A stretch of DNA of 64,000 nt from an uncultured Pseudomonadota bacterium (GCA_963713085.1 CAVQKQ010000013.1:42023-106022); one strand, 5' to 3'; positions 18,610-27,979 are shown, counted from the first letter of the stretch. Numbers and translations are program-made. Notes: generated from the sequence alone by a model not told the origin.

Positions 18610-21018
18610 ATGTCCGATCCGAACCCCGATCTGAACCCCGCTCCCGATCCGGCCGGCGACGCACCCGGCACGCCCGGTATCTCCCCAACCTGGGCCAGCA
18701 GCGACAAGGACCTGGTGGGCACCGCCTTCGGTCCGGCCCGACTCTGGTACACCCTGGGCCACGGCATACTCAACGAGGTGTACCACCCCCGCATCGATCT
18801 GCCCCAGATCCGCGACCTGGGCTTCATCGTCGCCGACGGCGCGGGCTTCTGGGTGGAGGTGAAACGCCTGGAATCGGCCGAGGTGACCACTCCCGGCCCA
18901 GGCATCCCCCTGCCCAGCGTGGTCCACCGCCACGACCGCTTCACCCTGAGCCTGCGCGTCTGTCCCGACCCCCGCCGCGACGTGCTTCTGCTGGACATCC
19001 GCCTGGAAGGCGACGCGGCTCTGCGGCCCTACGTGATCCTGGCCCCCCACCTGGGCGGCACCGGCCTGGACAACCTGGCTGAGGCCGCGCGTTATCGCGG
19101 ACGCCGCGTGCTGTGGGCCGAGCAGGGTCCTTTCGGCCTGGCGCTGCTGGCGGTGGACCTGGGATTCCGCGACGGCCTGGCAACCGGCTCGGCCGGCTGC
19201 GTGGGCGCCAGCGACGGCTGGCAGGACTTCGACCGCAACGGCCGCATGACTTGGGAATACGGCCGCGCCGGCCCCGGCAACGTGGCCCTGACGGGCGCCC
19301 TGGCGCGGCGCTGCACCCTGGCCCTGGGCTTCGGCACCTCCAAGGAATCCGCCGCCACTCTGGCCCTGAGCGCCCTGGCCCAGGGCTTCGACCAACTCAT
19401 GACGGACCAGACCCGGGACTGGCTGGCCTGGCACCGGGCGCGGGAGGCCCATACCCCGCCGCCATCCCTGGACCCGCCCCTGCTGGACCAGCTGCGCCGC
19501 TCCGCCCAGGTGCTCAAGACCCACCAGGACAAGACCTATGCCGGTGCCCTGGTGGCCAGCCTGTCGGTGCCCTGGGGCAACCAGGGCGAGGAACGCGGCG
19601 GCTATCACCTGGTATGGCCCAGGGACCTGGTGGAGTGCGCCCAGGCCCTGCTGGCCCTGGGGGGCGTGGAGGAGGCCCGGGATACCCTGCGCTACCTGCT
19701 GGCCAGCCAGGAACAGAACGGCCATTGGACGCAGAACCAGTGGCTGGGCGGCAAGCCCTACTGGACCGGCATCCAGCTGGACGAGACCGCTTTCCCGGTG
19801 CTGCTGGCGGCCCACCTGGCTGAGAAGGCGGCGCTGGACGACATCTCCGTGGGCGACATGGCGGCCCGTGCCCTGGCCTTCATCATCCGCACCGGCCCCG
19901 CCTCGGACCAGGACCGCTGGGAGGAAGACGCCGGCCTCAACCCCTACACTCTGGCGGCTTGCGTCGCCGCCCTGGTGGCGGGGGCTTCCCTGCTGCCGGA
20001 AACCGATGCCCGCCTGGCCCTGACGGTGGCGGACTACTGGAACGCCCGCATCGAGGACTGGTGCCTGGCCCGCGACACCTCCCTGGACCGGGAGCACGGC
20101 GTGGCCGGCCACTACGTGCGGGAAGCCCCCAGCGCGGTTCTGGCCGGCGACGGCGCCCTGTGTCGGGCGCTGCCCATCAAGAACCAGGCCCTGGACCCCA
20201 ACCTGCCCGCCGCCCTCCAGGTCGGCGTGGACTTCCTGCAACTGGTGCGCCTGGGCCTGCGCCGGCCGGACGACCCCGCCATCCTCGACACCCTGAAGCT
20301 GGCGGATGCCCTGCTCAAGACCAACACCCCCGCCGGCCCCGTCTGGCACCGCTACAACGACGACGGCTACGGCGAGCACGACGACGGCGCTCCCTTCGAC
20401 GGCACCGGCCAGGGCCGGGGCTGGCCCCTGCTCACCGGTGAACGGGGCCACTACGTCCTGGCCGCCGGCGGCGATCCCCTGCCCTACCTGGCAGCCATGA
20501 ACGCCATGGCCGGGCGCGCCGGGTTGATCCCGGAACAGGTCTGGGACAGCGACCCCATCCCGGAGCGCGGCCTGGAGCCGGGCCGGCCCAGCGGCTCCGC
20601 CATGCCCCTGGCCTGGGCCCATGCCGAGTTCGTCAAGCTCGCCGCCTCGCTGCCCCTGGGCCATCCCCTGGACCGGCCCGGGGCGGTCTGGGCGCGCTAC
20701 CGGGGCCTGCGCCCCGACCCGGATACCTGGGTCTGGACCCTGGCCGCGCCCCTTAATCCCCTGCCCCCCAGCAAGGCCCTGCTGATCCTGCTGCCGGCCG
20801 CCGCCCTCCTGCACCTGGGTTTCGACGGCTGGCGCGAGGTGGACGACCGCCCCAGCGACGCGCTTGGGTTGGGCATGCACGGACTGCTAATCCAGTCCGC
20901 CGAGCTGGCCGGCCATGACAGCCTCGACTTCACCCTGCGCTGGCGCGACGGCGGCGACTGGCTGGGCCGGGACTACCGGGTCTCCCTGACAGACGCCGAC
21001 TCGACGGGGAATGCGTGA
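18610..21018 (+). CDS. glycoside hydrolase family 15 glucoamylase/glucodextranase-like enzyme
   Basis: 802 aa. It has the bacterial glucoamylase N-domain (WYTLGHGILNEVYHPRIDLPQIRDLGFIV) and a GH15 (alpha/alpha)6 core (GGYHLVWPRDLVECAQALLALG, WEEDAGLNPYTLAACVAAL). It starts 9 nt after the previous gene. Confidence 0.85.
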   Translation: MSDPNPDLNPAPDPAGDAPGTPGISPTWASSDKDLVGTAFGPARLWYTLGHGILNEVYHPRIDLPQIRDLGFIVADGAGFWVEVKRLESAEVTTPGPGIPLPSVVHRHDRFTLSLRVCPDPRRDVLLLDIRLEGDAALRPYVILAPHLGGTGLDNLAEAARYRGRRVLWAEQGPFGLALLAVDLGFRDGLATGSAGCVGASDGWQDFDRNGRMTWEYGRAGPGNVALTGALARRCTLALGFGTSKESAATLALSALAQGFDQLMTDQTRDWLAWHRAREAHTPPPSLDPPLLDQLRRSAQVLKTHQDKTYAGALVASLSVPWGNQGEERGGYHLVWPRDLVECAQALLALGGVEEARDTLRYLLASQEQNGHWTQNQWLGGKPYWTGIQLDETAFPVLLAAHLAEKAALDDISVGDMAARALAFIIRTGPASDQDRWEEDAGLNPYTLAACVAALVAGASLLPETDARLALTVADYWNARIEDWCLARDTSLDREHGVAGHYVREAPSAVLAGDGALCRALPIKNQALDPNLPAALQVGVDFLQLVRLGLRRPDDPAILDTLKLADALLKTNTPAGPVWHRYNDDGYGEHDDGAPFDGTGQGRGWPLLTGERGHYVLAAGGDPLPYLAAMNAMAGRAGLIPEQVWDSDPIPERGLEPGRPSGSAMPLAWAHAEFVKLAASLPLGHPLDRPGAVWARYRGLRPDPDTWVWTLAAPLNPLPPSKALLILLPAAALLHLGFDGWREVDDRPSDALGLGMHGLLIQSAELAGHDSLDFTLRWRDGGDWLGRDYRVSLTDADSTGNA

Positions 21019-21080
21019 ACCGGGCCGTAACCCTGCGCAGCCGGTGCCCTTGGGCCCTGTTTTCCCGAGGCCGCTGAACC

Positions 21081-21551
21081 ATGCTCGTCGTCGCCTTATT
21101 CGGCTTCATGCTGCTGGGTCTCACCACCCTCTTCCACTACGAGGTGCTGCGCGGGCTGAGCCGGGGACTGCCGCCGCTGCGCATTCCGCACCGGGCCAAG
21201 CTGATCCTCGTCATCTTCGCCGCCTTTCTCGCCCATATCGTCGAGATCGCGCTTTATGCCATCGCGATCAGCATCCTGGTCCTCTACGTGGGCAACGGCA
21301 CCCTGGGTGGCAGCGGGCATTTCAGCCTGAACACGGCACTGTATTTCTCGGCGGAAACCTTCAGCGCGCTGGGCTACGGCGACATGGTGCCGGGCGGCGA
21401 GCTGCGCCTGTTGGCCGGCTTCGAGGCCCTCAACGGCCTGCTGCTGATCGGCTGGTCGGCCTCCTACACCTACATCGCCATGGAACGCTTCTGGAACCAT
21501 GCCTATACGCACTGGCTGGATGTCGAGGAAACGCGGCATAAGTGGCAATGA
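21081..21551 (+). CDS. minimal 2-TM potassium-channel-like protein
   Basis: 156 aa with a pore-helix/selectivity-filter-like segment TALYFSAETFSALGYGDMVP. I see no cytoplasmic gating domain. Confidence 0.7.
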   Translation: MLVVALFGFMLLGLTTLFHYEVLRGLSRGLPPLRIPHRAKLILVIFAAFLAHIVEIALYAIAISILVLYVGNGTLGGSGHFSLNTALYFSAETFSALGYGDMVPGGELRLLAGFEALNGLLLIGWSASYTYIAMERFWNHAYTHWLDVEETRHKWQ

Positions 21552-21627
21552 ACCACCGACCGGCTCAAAACACCCGACCTGCTGTTCTGGTATCTCATAA
21601 CCCAATGATTCATATGGCAATAACTCC

Positions 21628-21643
21628 TGGCACGGGGGTTGCA
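21628..21643 (+). promoter_or_regulatory. sigma-54 promoter candidate, perfect TGGCAC-N5-TTGCA
   Basis: tggcacgggggttgca lies 52 nt upstream of the ATG at 21695, on the coding strand, in intergenic DNA. Confidence 0.7.
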
Positions 21644-21694
21644 ATACAGGTTTCACGGCAACGCCGTAAATCGCAACCCTTGAAGGAGATATCC

Positions 21695-22993
21695 ATGAAC
21701 AACCTGCACCTCAAACCTCTTACCCTCGCCCTGGCGGGCGCCATGATCATCAGCCAGGCCGCCCTGGCCGCCGCGCCCGCCACAACGCCGGCCACGCCGG
21801 CCGCACCGCAAACCAGCCTGCACGAGGACATCTCCACGGTCCCCGGCCGCAGCATCTCCCCCGCGGACGAGGCGGTGATCTCGTCCAGCGCCAGCAAGGT
21901 ACTGCACCACATCGCCCTGGCCCGTGACGCCCTGCGCAGGAAGGATCCGGATCAAGCCAAGCAGAACCTGCGGCTGGCGGATACCCTGCTGGACATCATT
22001 CAGAGCTCGGTTCCCACCACCGTGGTGAAAGACCGGATCTGGACAGCCGACAAGAAGCTCCAGTATGAAAACAGCGAAGAGGTCAGCCCCAGCGATATCC
22101 CGATCTATGCCAGCCTGGAGGAACGGGCGGCGTTCGACGCGGTGAAGGCAGCCGGCGTCGCCCGGGACAAGCCCCAGGCCAAGGCCGAACCGAAGCCCGG
22201 CGCGAAGGACTCAAGCAAGGAGCTGGTGGCGGATGACACCCTGCTCTACTACGAGGAGATGGATCTGCCCATGAACGCCGTCCGCCATTTCGTTTCCGCC
22301 GCCCAGTCGGAACTGGCCAAGAACCGTCCCATGGAAGCCGACCAGGACCTGCGGGCGGCCCAGGACAGCGTGGACTACGTTTCCGTAGCCCTGCCGGAAC
22401 CTCTGGTGACGGCCAAGATCAACCTGCAAAATGCCCATGAGAATTTCACCGCGGGCAAGGTCGCCGATGCCAAGGCGGACTTGGGACGGGCCATCACCCA
22501 GCTGACCCGGGTGGAGCAAAAAGCCGATCCAGAGACCAAGGCGGACGCGCAAAAACTGCTCAGCGACGCCCAATCCCTGGAAGCCCGCATCGACAAGGGC
22601 GGTCCGGGTCTTGAGTCGGAACTGAAGGGACTCTGGCACCACACCCAGGCCCTGGCGGACCGGGCCGTGGAATATACCGCGGTGGGTTGGTCCAGGCTGC
22701 GCCATCACGGCAAGCTGCGCAGCGATCTGATCGAGGCGAAACGTTTCATGGCCGATGCCGACATCGACGCCAACGTGGCCAACGATCCGGCCCGTTCCAT
22801 GCAGGACCTGCGCCAGGCAAAGGATTATCTGGACAGGGCCGAGGCCGTCGCCGGCGGCAAGAGCGACCTGGAGGTCTATATCAAGGATACCAAGGCCGCG
22901 GTGGACACCCTTATCGACGGCAAGGCCAAGGCCGACCCGGGTGAGATGGCCAACCTGGAGAACCAGCTCGGCCAGGCCATCGCCAAGCTTTGA
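21695..22993 (+). CDS. periplasmic helical-repeat protein, YfdX-like
   Basis: Trimmed to the ATG at 21695 with an AAGGAG SD. The signal peptide is MNNLHLKPLTLALAGAMIISQAALAAAPA. Segments such as KVLHHIALARDALRRKDPDQAKQNLRLADTLLD resemble YfdX repeats. The family call is tentative. Confidence 0.55.
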   Translation: MNNLHLKPLTLALAGAMIISQAALAAAPATTPATPAAPQTSLHEDISTVPGRSISPADEAVISSSASKVLHHIALARDALRRKDPDQAKQNLRLADTLLDIIQSSVPTTVVKDRIWTADKKLQYENSEEVSPSDIPIYASLEERAAFDAVKAAGVARDKPQAKAEPKPGAKDSSKELVADDTLLYYEEMDLPMNAVRHFVSAAQSELAKNRPMEADQDLRAAQDSVDYVSVALPEPLVTAKINLQNAHENFTAGKVADAKADLGRAITQLTRVEQKADPETKADAQKLLSDAQSLEARIDKGGPGLESELKGLWHHTQALADRAVEYTAVGWSRLRHHGKLRSDLIEAKRFMADADIDANVANDPARSMQDLRQAKDYLDRAEAVAGGKSDLEVYIKDTKAAVDTLIDGKAKADPGEMANLENQLGQAIAKL

Positions 22994-23009
22994 CGGGCAA
23001 TGAACGAAA

Positions 23010-23032
23010 GGGGCCGACGCCGGGCCGGCCCC
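23010..23032 (+). terminator. GC hairpin after the YfdX-like gene
   Basis: ggggccg ... cggcccc is a 7-bp stem 17 nt after the stop, with no U-tract. Confidence 0.3.
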
Positions 23033-23054
23033 TCCCGAAACTTAGGAGAACGAC

Positions 23055-23243
23055 ATGAGCACCTTCCTCCACTTCGCCTCTGAATACGGCCTGTTCCTGG
23101 GTATCCCGCTGATCTTCCTGGCCGTGGTGGCCTGGATCTACCGGCCCGGCGCGCGCAAGCGTTACCAGGATGACGGGAAGATCCCCTTCGCCGAAGACAA
23201 GAAAGGCCCCAAGGAAGGTTCCGCCCGGTTGGGCAGTCCATGA
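23055..23243 (+). CDS. small single-TM protein, CcoQ/FixQ-like
   Basis: 62 aa. EYGLFLGIPLIFLAVVAWIYRPGARKRYQDDGKIPF resembles cbb3 oxidase subunit CcoQ. An AGGAGA SD is present. No ccoNOP genes are nearby. Confidence 0.5.
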   Translation: MSTFLHFASEYGLFLGIPLIFLAVVAWIYRPGARKRYQDDGKIPFAEDKKGPKEGSARLGSP

Positions 23244-23419
23244 TGCGCCCAGGCGGGGACCCTGCCGCCAGCATTGCGGCAGGGTGAACCGCCACCCCAC
23301 GGATAAGGAAGGAAGCGATTTGACCACGGCGGCCGGAATCGACGCCAAGCCGCCTTATAGGCGTTAAGCTCGATGGCGGGAAATCGGAGAACGGCAACGC
23401 AAACGATGGGACACGCACC

Positions 23420-24043
23420 ATGCTGAACACCGTGGTCGGCAAACTGTTGATCGCCAACATCATCCTGTTTCTGGCGGAAACAACCTTCGGAGACGGGCTT
23501 ATCCAATGGTTCGCGCTCTGGCCACTGGGGGTGTTCGGCCCCGCCGGAGTAGATCGTCTGGCGCCGCCCTTCATGCCCTGGCAACTGGTCAGCTACGCCT
23601 TCCTCCACGGCGGCCTGCTGCACCTGGGCCTCAACATGTACGCCCTGTGGATGTTCGGCAGCCAGCTGGAGTATCTCTGGGGACCGCGCCGTTTCACCAC
23701 CTACTACTTCGCCTGCGTGATCGGCGCGGCCCTGACCCAACTGGTGGTGTCGGAAGTCATGCTGGCCCGGGGCGGCGAGGCCTATCCGGTCATCGGCGCC
23801 TCGGGTGGGATTTTCGGACTGCTCCTGGCGTTCGGCCTGTTGTTCCCCACCACCCGCCTGATCCTGCTGTTTCCGCCCATCCCCATCCAGGCCCGCTGGT
23901 TCGTGATCGGCTACGGCGCCGTCGAGCTGTTCTTCGGCGTGACCGGTTCGGCCGAGGGCGTGGCCCATTTCGCCCACCTGGGCGGCATGTTGACCGGTTG
24001 GCTGATGCTGCGCGGGAGGACCGGGCGGCGTAGACGCTATTGA
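23420..24043 (+). CDS. rhomboid-family intramembrane serine protease
   Basis: 207 aa with HGGLLHLGLNMYALW, the catalytic GASGGIFGLL motif and HLGGMLTGW. Confidence 0.85.
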   Translation: MLNTVVGKLLIANIILFLAETTFGDGLIQWFALWPLGVFGPAGVDRLAPPFMPWQLVSYAFLHGGLLHLGLNMYALWMFGSQLEYLWGPRRFTTYYFACVIGAALTQLVVSEVMLARGGEAYPVIGASGGIFGLLLAFGLLFPTTRLILLFPPIPIQARWFVIGYGAVELFFGVTGSAEGVAHFAHLGGMLTGWLMLRGRTGRRRRY

Positions 24044-24054
24044 GCGTTCCGACC

Positions 24055-25524
24055 ATGCCCAAGGCCGGCAGCCTGCGCCCGTTCCTGCTCCGCTCCGCCG
24101 CCCTCCCCCTGGTGGTGACGGCGGGCCTGCTGCTGCTGGCCCTTTCCCTCATGCTGGTCACGACTACCCGCAGCCTGGGCCGGATCACCCCGCTGCAGCG
24201 GCACACCGCGGTCATGCAGCGGTTGCACGACCAGATCCTGTCCATGCAATACAGCTCCTTGCAGGCCCTGCGTCAGGAAAGCTGGGTCGATCGGGCCCTG
24301 CTGAATAGCCTGGGCCAGGGCGTCGACCGGCTGGCCCAGGACCCGGCCCTGCTCAGCGAATCCGCGCGCCGCCACCTGAGCCGGGCCCGATCCGTCCTGG
24401 CGGCCGGGGACATGCCACCCCGGGAGGCCCTGCAACGCGGCGCCACCGAACTGCATCTGGCCCTGTCCGACGAAAGCCGCGCCCACGCCGCCATGCTGAC
24501 CGGCATCCACGCCCAGGCGGAACTGGAGATGCGCCTGGCGGCCATCTCCCTGGTCACCATCCCCCTGGCGGCAGCCCTGGTCCTGTTCCTGCTGCGCCGC
24601 AGCTTCCTGCTCCCCCTGCGCAACCTGAACGCCCTGCTCACCCGTCTGGCCGCGGGCGATTACCAGCCTGCCCCGGAAGCCGACCTGGACCCGCTGCTGG
24701 AACCCCTGATGGCCAACTACAACCGCATGGTGACGCAATTGGCCCGGTTCGAGGTGGAACAGACCCAGCGCCGGGAAACACTGGAAGCGGAGGTGCGCAC
24801 CGCCACCCGGGACCTGCTGGCCCACAATCGAAGTCTTGCCCAGGCCGAGCGCCTGGCCACGGTGGGGGAGATGGCCGCCGGCCTGGCCCATGAATTGCGC
24901 AATCCCCTGGCCGGCATCGACTTGTCCCTGGCCAACCTGCGCCAGGATCTCGGCGAGCCGGAGCAGGTGGAACGCCTGGATCTGGCGCGGCAGGAGGTAA
25001 AGCGCCTCGCCAACCTGCTCAACGGCCTGCTCGATCTGGCCCGCCAGGACCCGGAGACACCCAGCCCGGTCCGCCTGGCCCGGACCATCAGTGAAGTGCT
25101 GGGCCTGGTGCGCTACCAGGTCCCGGAAGGCATCATTCTGGCCCTGGATATACCGGAGACCCTCACCTTTCTGCTGCCCGAGGCACGGCTGCGCCAAGTG
25201 GTACTCAACCTGGTGCTGAACGCCGCCCATGCCCTGTCGGCCACCCCAACCGGAATCGGCACCATCCGCGTCGAGGCGGGACACGCGGGCGACGAACTTC
25301 GGCTGGTTGTGGCGGACGATGGCCCCGGGTTCCCCGAGCCCATGTTGCGCACTGGGGTGCAATCCTTTCGTAGCGGCCGCGCCGGCGGCACGGGACTGGG
25401 CCTGGCCACGGTACGCCGCCTCGCCCAGGACCTGGGCGGCCGGCTGGTCCTGGAAAATCCGCCGGACCGGGGAGCCCGGGCAACCCTGTTTCTGCCCTGC
25501 CAATATCTTGAGGAAACGCAATGA
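24055..25524 (+). CDS. sensor histidine kinase (TM-sensor-TM-HAMP-HisKA-HATPase)
   Basis: It has the H-box AAGLAHELRNPLAGI and N/G boxes LNLVLNAAHA and DDGPGFP...GTGLGLA. The start is ATG 24055, or TTG 24040 overlapping the rhomboid stop. Confidence 0.85.
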   Translation: MPKAGSLRPFLLRSAALPLVVTAGLLLLALSLMLVTTTRSLGRITPLQRHTAVMQRLHDQILSMQYSSLQALRQESWVDRALLNSLGQGVDRLAQDPALLSESARRHLSRARSVLAAGDMPPREALQRGATELHLALSDESRAHAAMLTGIHAQAELEMRLAAISLVTIPLAAALVLFLLRRSFLLPLRNLNALLTRLAAGDYQPAPEADLDPLLEPLMANYNRMVTQLARFEVEQTQRRETLEAEVRTATRDLLAHNRSLAQAERLATVGEMAAGLAHELRNPLAGIDLSLANLRQDLGEPEQVERLDLARQEVKRLANLLNGLLDLARQDPETPSPVRLARTISEVLGLVRYQVPEGIILALDIPETLTFLLPEARLRQVVLNLVLNAAHALSATPTGIGTIRVEAGHAGDELRLVVADDGPGFPEPMLRTGVQSFRSGRAGGTGLGLATVRRLAQDLGGRLVLENPPDRGARATLFLPCQYLEETQ

Positions 25525-25539
25525 GGGAAACGCAATGAG
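25512..25539 (+). repeat. perfect 14-bp tandem duplication ggaaacgcaatgag x2 at the kinase/regulator junction
   Basis: Copy 1 (25512-25525) holds the kinase stop codon. Copy 2 (25526-25539) holds the regulator ATG at 25535. Confidence 0.9.
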
Positions 25540-26917
25540 CGAGACCCTGCTCATCATCGAAGACGAAACCCTGCTGGGCCGGGAACTCCTGCGCCGGTTC
25601 CGGCGCGAGGGCTGGGACGCCATCCTGGCCACCAGTTGCGCCGAGGCTCGGGGCCTGCTGCTGAACCGGGAGATCGAGCCGGCGGTGGTGCTGTCCGACA
25701 TGGCCCTGCCGGACGGCAACGCACTCGACCTGCTGGAGACGGCCCGCACCGCCCGACTGCCGGGTGAATGGGTCATGCTCACCGGCTACGGCACGGTGCC
25801 GGATTCGGTACGAGCGGTGAAACTGGGGGCCTACGACTTCCTGGAAAAACCCGCCGACATCGAACGCCTGCAACTGGTGCTGGCCGGCGCGGCCCGGGCG
25901 GCCCGTGCCCAGCGCCGGTTGTCCGACCAGGCCGACCGGCAGCACCAGCGCTACGCCCCCGCCAGCTTCGTCGGCGCCAGCGCCGCCGCACTGGAGGTGC
26001 GGGACATGCTGGAACGCCTGACCCAGGTGCCCTTCTCGGCCCTGGTCATCGCCGGCGAGACCGGCACCGGCAAGGGCCTGGCGGCCCGCATCCTGCACCA
26101 CGCGGGGCCGCGCCGGGACGGACCGCTGGTGGAGGTGAACTGCGCCGCGCTGCCCAGGGAACTCATGGAGAGCGAACTGTTCGGCCACGAGGGCGGTGCC
26201 TTCACCGGCGCCAAGGGCCGGCGCCGGGGCCTCATGGAACAGGCCGGGGGCGGCAGCCTGTTCCTGGACGAGATCGGCGACCTGCCCACGGAATTGCAGG
26301 TGAAGCTGCTCAAAGCGGTGGAAGACAAGCGCATCCGCCGCCTGGGGGGCGACAGCGAGATCGACCTGGACATCCAGATCATCGCCGCAAGCAACCGGGA
26401 CCTGGAGGAAGAGGTGCGGGTCGGACGCTTCCGGGCCGACCTCTATCACCGCCTCTCGGTATTCCGACTCAGCCTGCCGCCGTTGCGCCGGCGCAAGCAA
26501 GATCTGCACGATCTGGTCCCCCTGTTCATCCGCGAATACAACGCCAAGGCCAGCAAGCGGGTTCGCCGGGTGCCCGACCCGGCCTGGCGCCAGTTGGAGG
26601 AGCACGACTGGCCCGGCAACGTGCGGGAACTGCGCAACGTGGTGGAACGCTGCGTGCTGTTCTCGGAAGGGGAGGACCTACCGGAACGATGGCTTCTGCT
26701 CGCCCAGGGCGCGGGCGCACGCCAGCCGGGCGGCGATGGCCTGTGGCTGCCGCTGGACGGCTCCGCCAGCCTGGAGGACATGGAACGGGCCATCGTCGAG
26801 GCCGCACTGGAGCGATCCCATGGCAACATCACAGGCGCCGCCAGGCTCCTGAACAGCACCCGGGAGACCCTGCGTTACCGGGTCGAGAAGTTCGGCCTGG
26901 GCAAACCCACCGTCTGA
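25535..26917 (+). CDS. NtrC-family sigma-54-dependent response regulator (REC-AAA+-HTH)
   Basis: Trimmed to the ATG at 25535 (MSETLLIIEDE...). It has Walker A GETGTGKG, the GAFTGA loop, the ESELFGHE motif and a C-terminal Fis-type HTH (ITGAARLLNSTRETLRYRVEKFGL). Confidence 0.9.
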   Translation: MSETLLIIEDETLLGRELLRRFRREGWDAILATSCAEARGLLLNREIEPAVVLSDMALPDGNALDLLETARTARLPGEWVMLTGYGTVPDSVRAVKLGAYDFLEKPADIERLQLVLAGAARAARAQRRLSDQADRQHQRYAPASFVGASAAALEVRDMLERLTQVPFSALVIAGETGTGKGLAARILHHAGPRRDGPLVEVNCAALPRELMESELFGHEGGAFTGAKGRRRGLMEQAGGGSLFLDEIGDLPTELQVKLLKAVEDKRIRRLGGDSEIDLDIQIIAASNRDLEEEVRVGRFRADLYHRLSVFRLSLPPLRRRKQDLHDLVPLFIREYNAKASKRVRRVPDPAWRQLEEHDWPGNVRELRNVVERCVLFSEGEDLPERWLLLAQGAGARQPGGDGLWLPLDGSASLEDMERAIVEAALERSHGNITGAARLLNSTRETLRYRVEKFGLGKPTV

Positions 26918-26925
26918 GGAGAGCC

Positions 26926-27291
26926 ATGTCCACCCTGAACGATCCCCGCGTCCTGTTCGCCGCCGAACGCACCCTGCTGGCCTGGAACCGCACCGCCATC
27001 GCCCTCATGGGCTTCGGCTTCCTGGTGGAACGCTTCGGCCTGTTCCTGCACGTGATCCTTAGCCACAATGTAGAGCCCCTGCACCGGGGCATCTCCCTGG
27101 CTATCGGCATGGCCTTCATCCTGCTGGGGGTGATTCTGCTGGTGATCTCGGTGCGGCAGTTCCGGCAGGTCGTTGCCAGCCTGGGGGCCGAAGAAATCCC
27201 GCCGGGCTACTGGCTGAACGGGGCGGTGCTCACCAACCTGGCCATCGCCCTGGCCGGGCTGGCGCTGGCGGCCTATCTGGCGCTGGTCTGA
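26926..27291 (+). CDS. DUF202/YidH-family small membrane protein
   Basis: 121 aa. FAAERTLLAWNRTAIALMGFGFLVERF is the DUF202 signature. It starts 8 nt after the regulator stop. Confidence 0.75.
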   Translation: MSTLNDPRVLFAAERTLLAWNRTAIALMGFGFLVERFGLFLHVILSHNVEPLHRGISLAIGMAFILLGVILLVISVRQFRQVVASLGAEEIPPGYWLNGAVLTNLAIALAGLALAAYLALV

Positions 27292-27381
27292 AACGATGGC
27301 CTGCCCTGGCTGGCGCCGGGCGATTGGGTTAAGTTTCCCCCGCGACCCGATTACGGACGCGCAACCAGCCGAGGACCGTTG

Positions 27382-27966
27382 ATGGGAAAGACCCGACTCG
27401 AAGCCTTCAGCGACGGCGTGCTCGCCATCATCATCACCATCATGGTGCTGGAGTTGAAGGTGCCCCACGGCGACAGCCTGGCGGCGCTGCAGCCCCTGCT
27501 GCCGGTGTTCCTGAGCTACGTGCTGAGCTTCGTCTACCTGGGCATCTACTGGAACAACCACCACCACATGCTGCACACCTGCCGCAGGGTCACCGGCGCC
27601 ATCCTGTGGGCCAACCTGCACCTGCTGTTCTGGCTGTCACTGATTCCCGTCGTGACCGGCTGGATGGGGGAAAACCACCTCGCCGCCGCGCCCACCGCCC
27701 TCTATGGGGTGGTCCTGTTGCTGGCCTCGATTGCCTACTGGATCCTGCAGCGGACCATCATCGCCTCCCAGGGGCCTGACTCCCTGCTGCGGACCGCCGT
27801 GGGCAACGACTGGAAGGGCAAGCTGTCCCCCGCACTCTATGTCGCCGCCATCGGCCTCGCCTTTCTGTCCCAGTGGCTCGCCGGCGGCATCTACGTGCTG
27901 GTGGCCCTGATCTGGCTGGTGCCGGACCGGCGCATAGAGCGGGTGCTGGTGAACGAGCGGACGTGA
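27382..27966 (+). CDS. TMEM175/DUF1211-family membrane protein (putative K+ channel)
   Basis: The N-terminus MGKTRLEAFSDGVLAIIITIMVLEL has the RxxxFSD helix-1 signature. About 6 TM segments. Confidence 0.8.
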   Translation: MGKTRLEAFSDGVLAIIITIMVLELKVPHGDSLAALQPLLPVFLSYVLSFVYLGIYWNNHHHMLHTCRRVTGAILWANLHLLFWLSLIPVVTGWMGENHLAAAPTALYGVVLLLASIAYWILQRTIIASQGPDSLLRTAVGNDWKGKLSPALYVAAIGLAFLSQWLAGGIYVLVALIWLVPDRRIERVLVNERT

Positions 27967-27979
27967 TTATGGTGCGAGG

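Noticed and set aside
18427-20880. 817-aa ORF antisense to the GH15 gene, along with similar long antisense or alternate-frame ORFs such as 9414..10700, 25205..26605, 24037..25782, 11212..12684 and 37752..39191
   Set aside because: The reason is the same. These are repetitive G/A/R/P-rich translations opposite to, or out of frame with, genes that carry clear family motifs. Stop codons are rare in GC-rich DNA.
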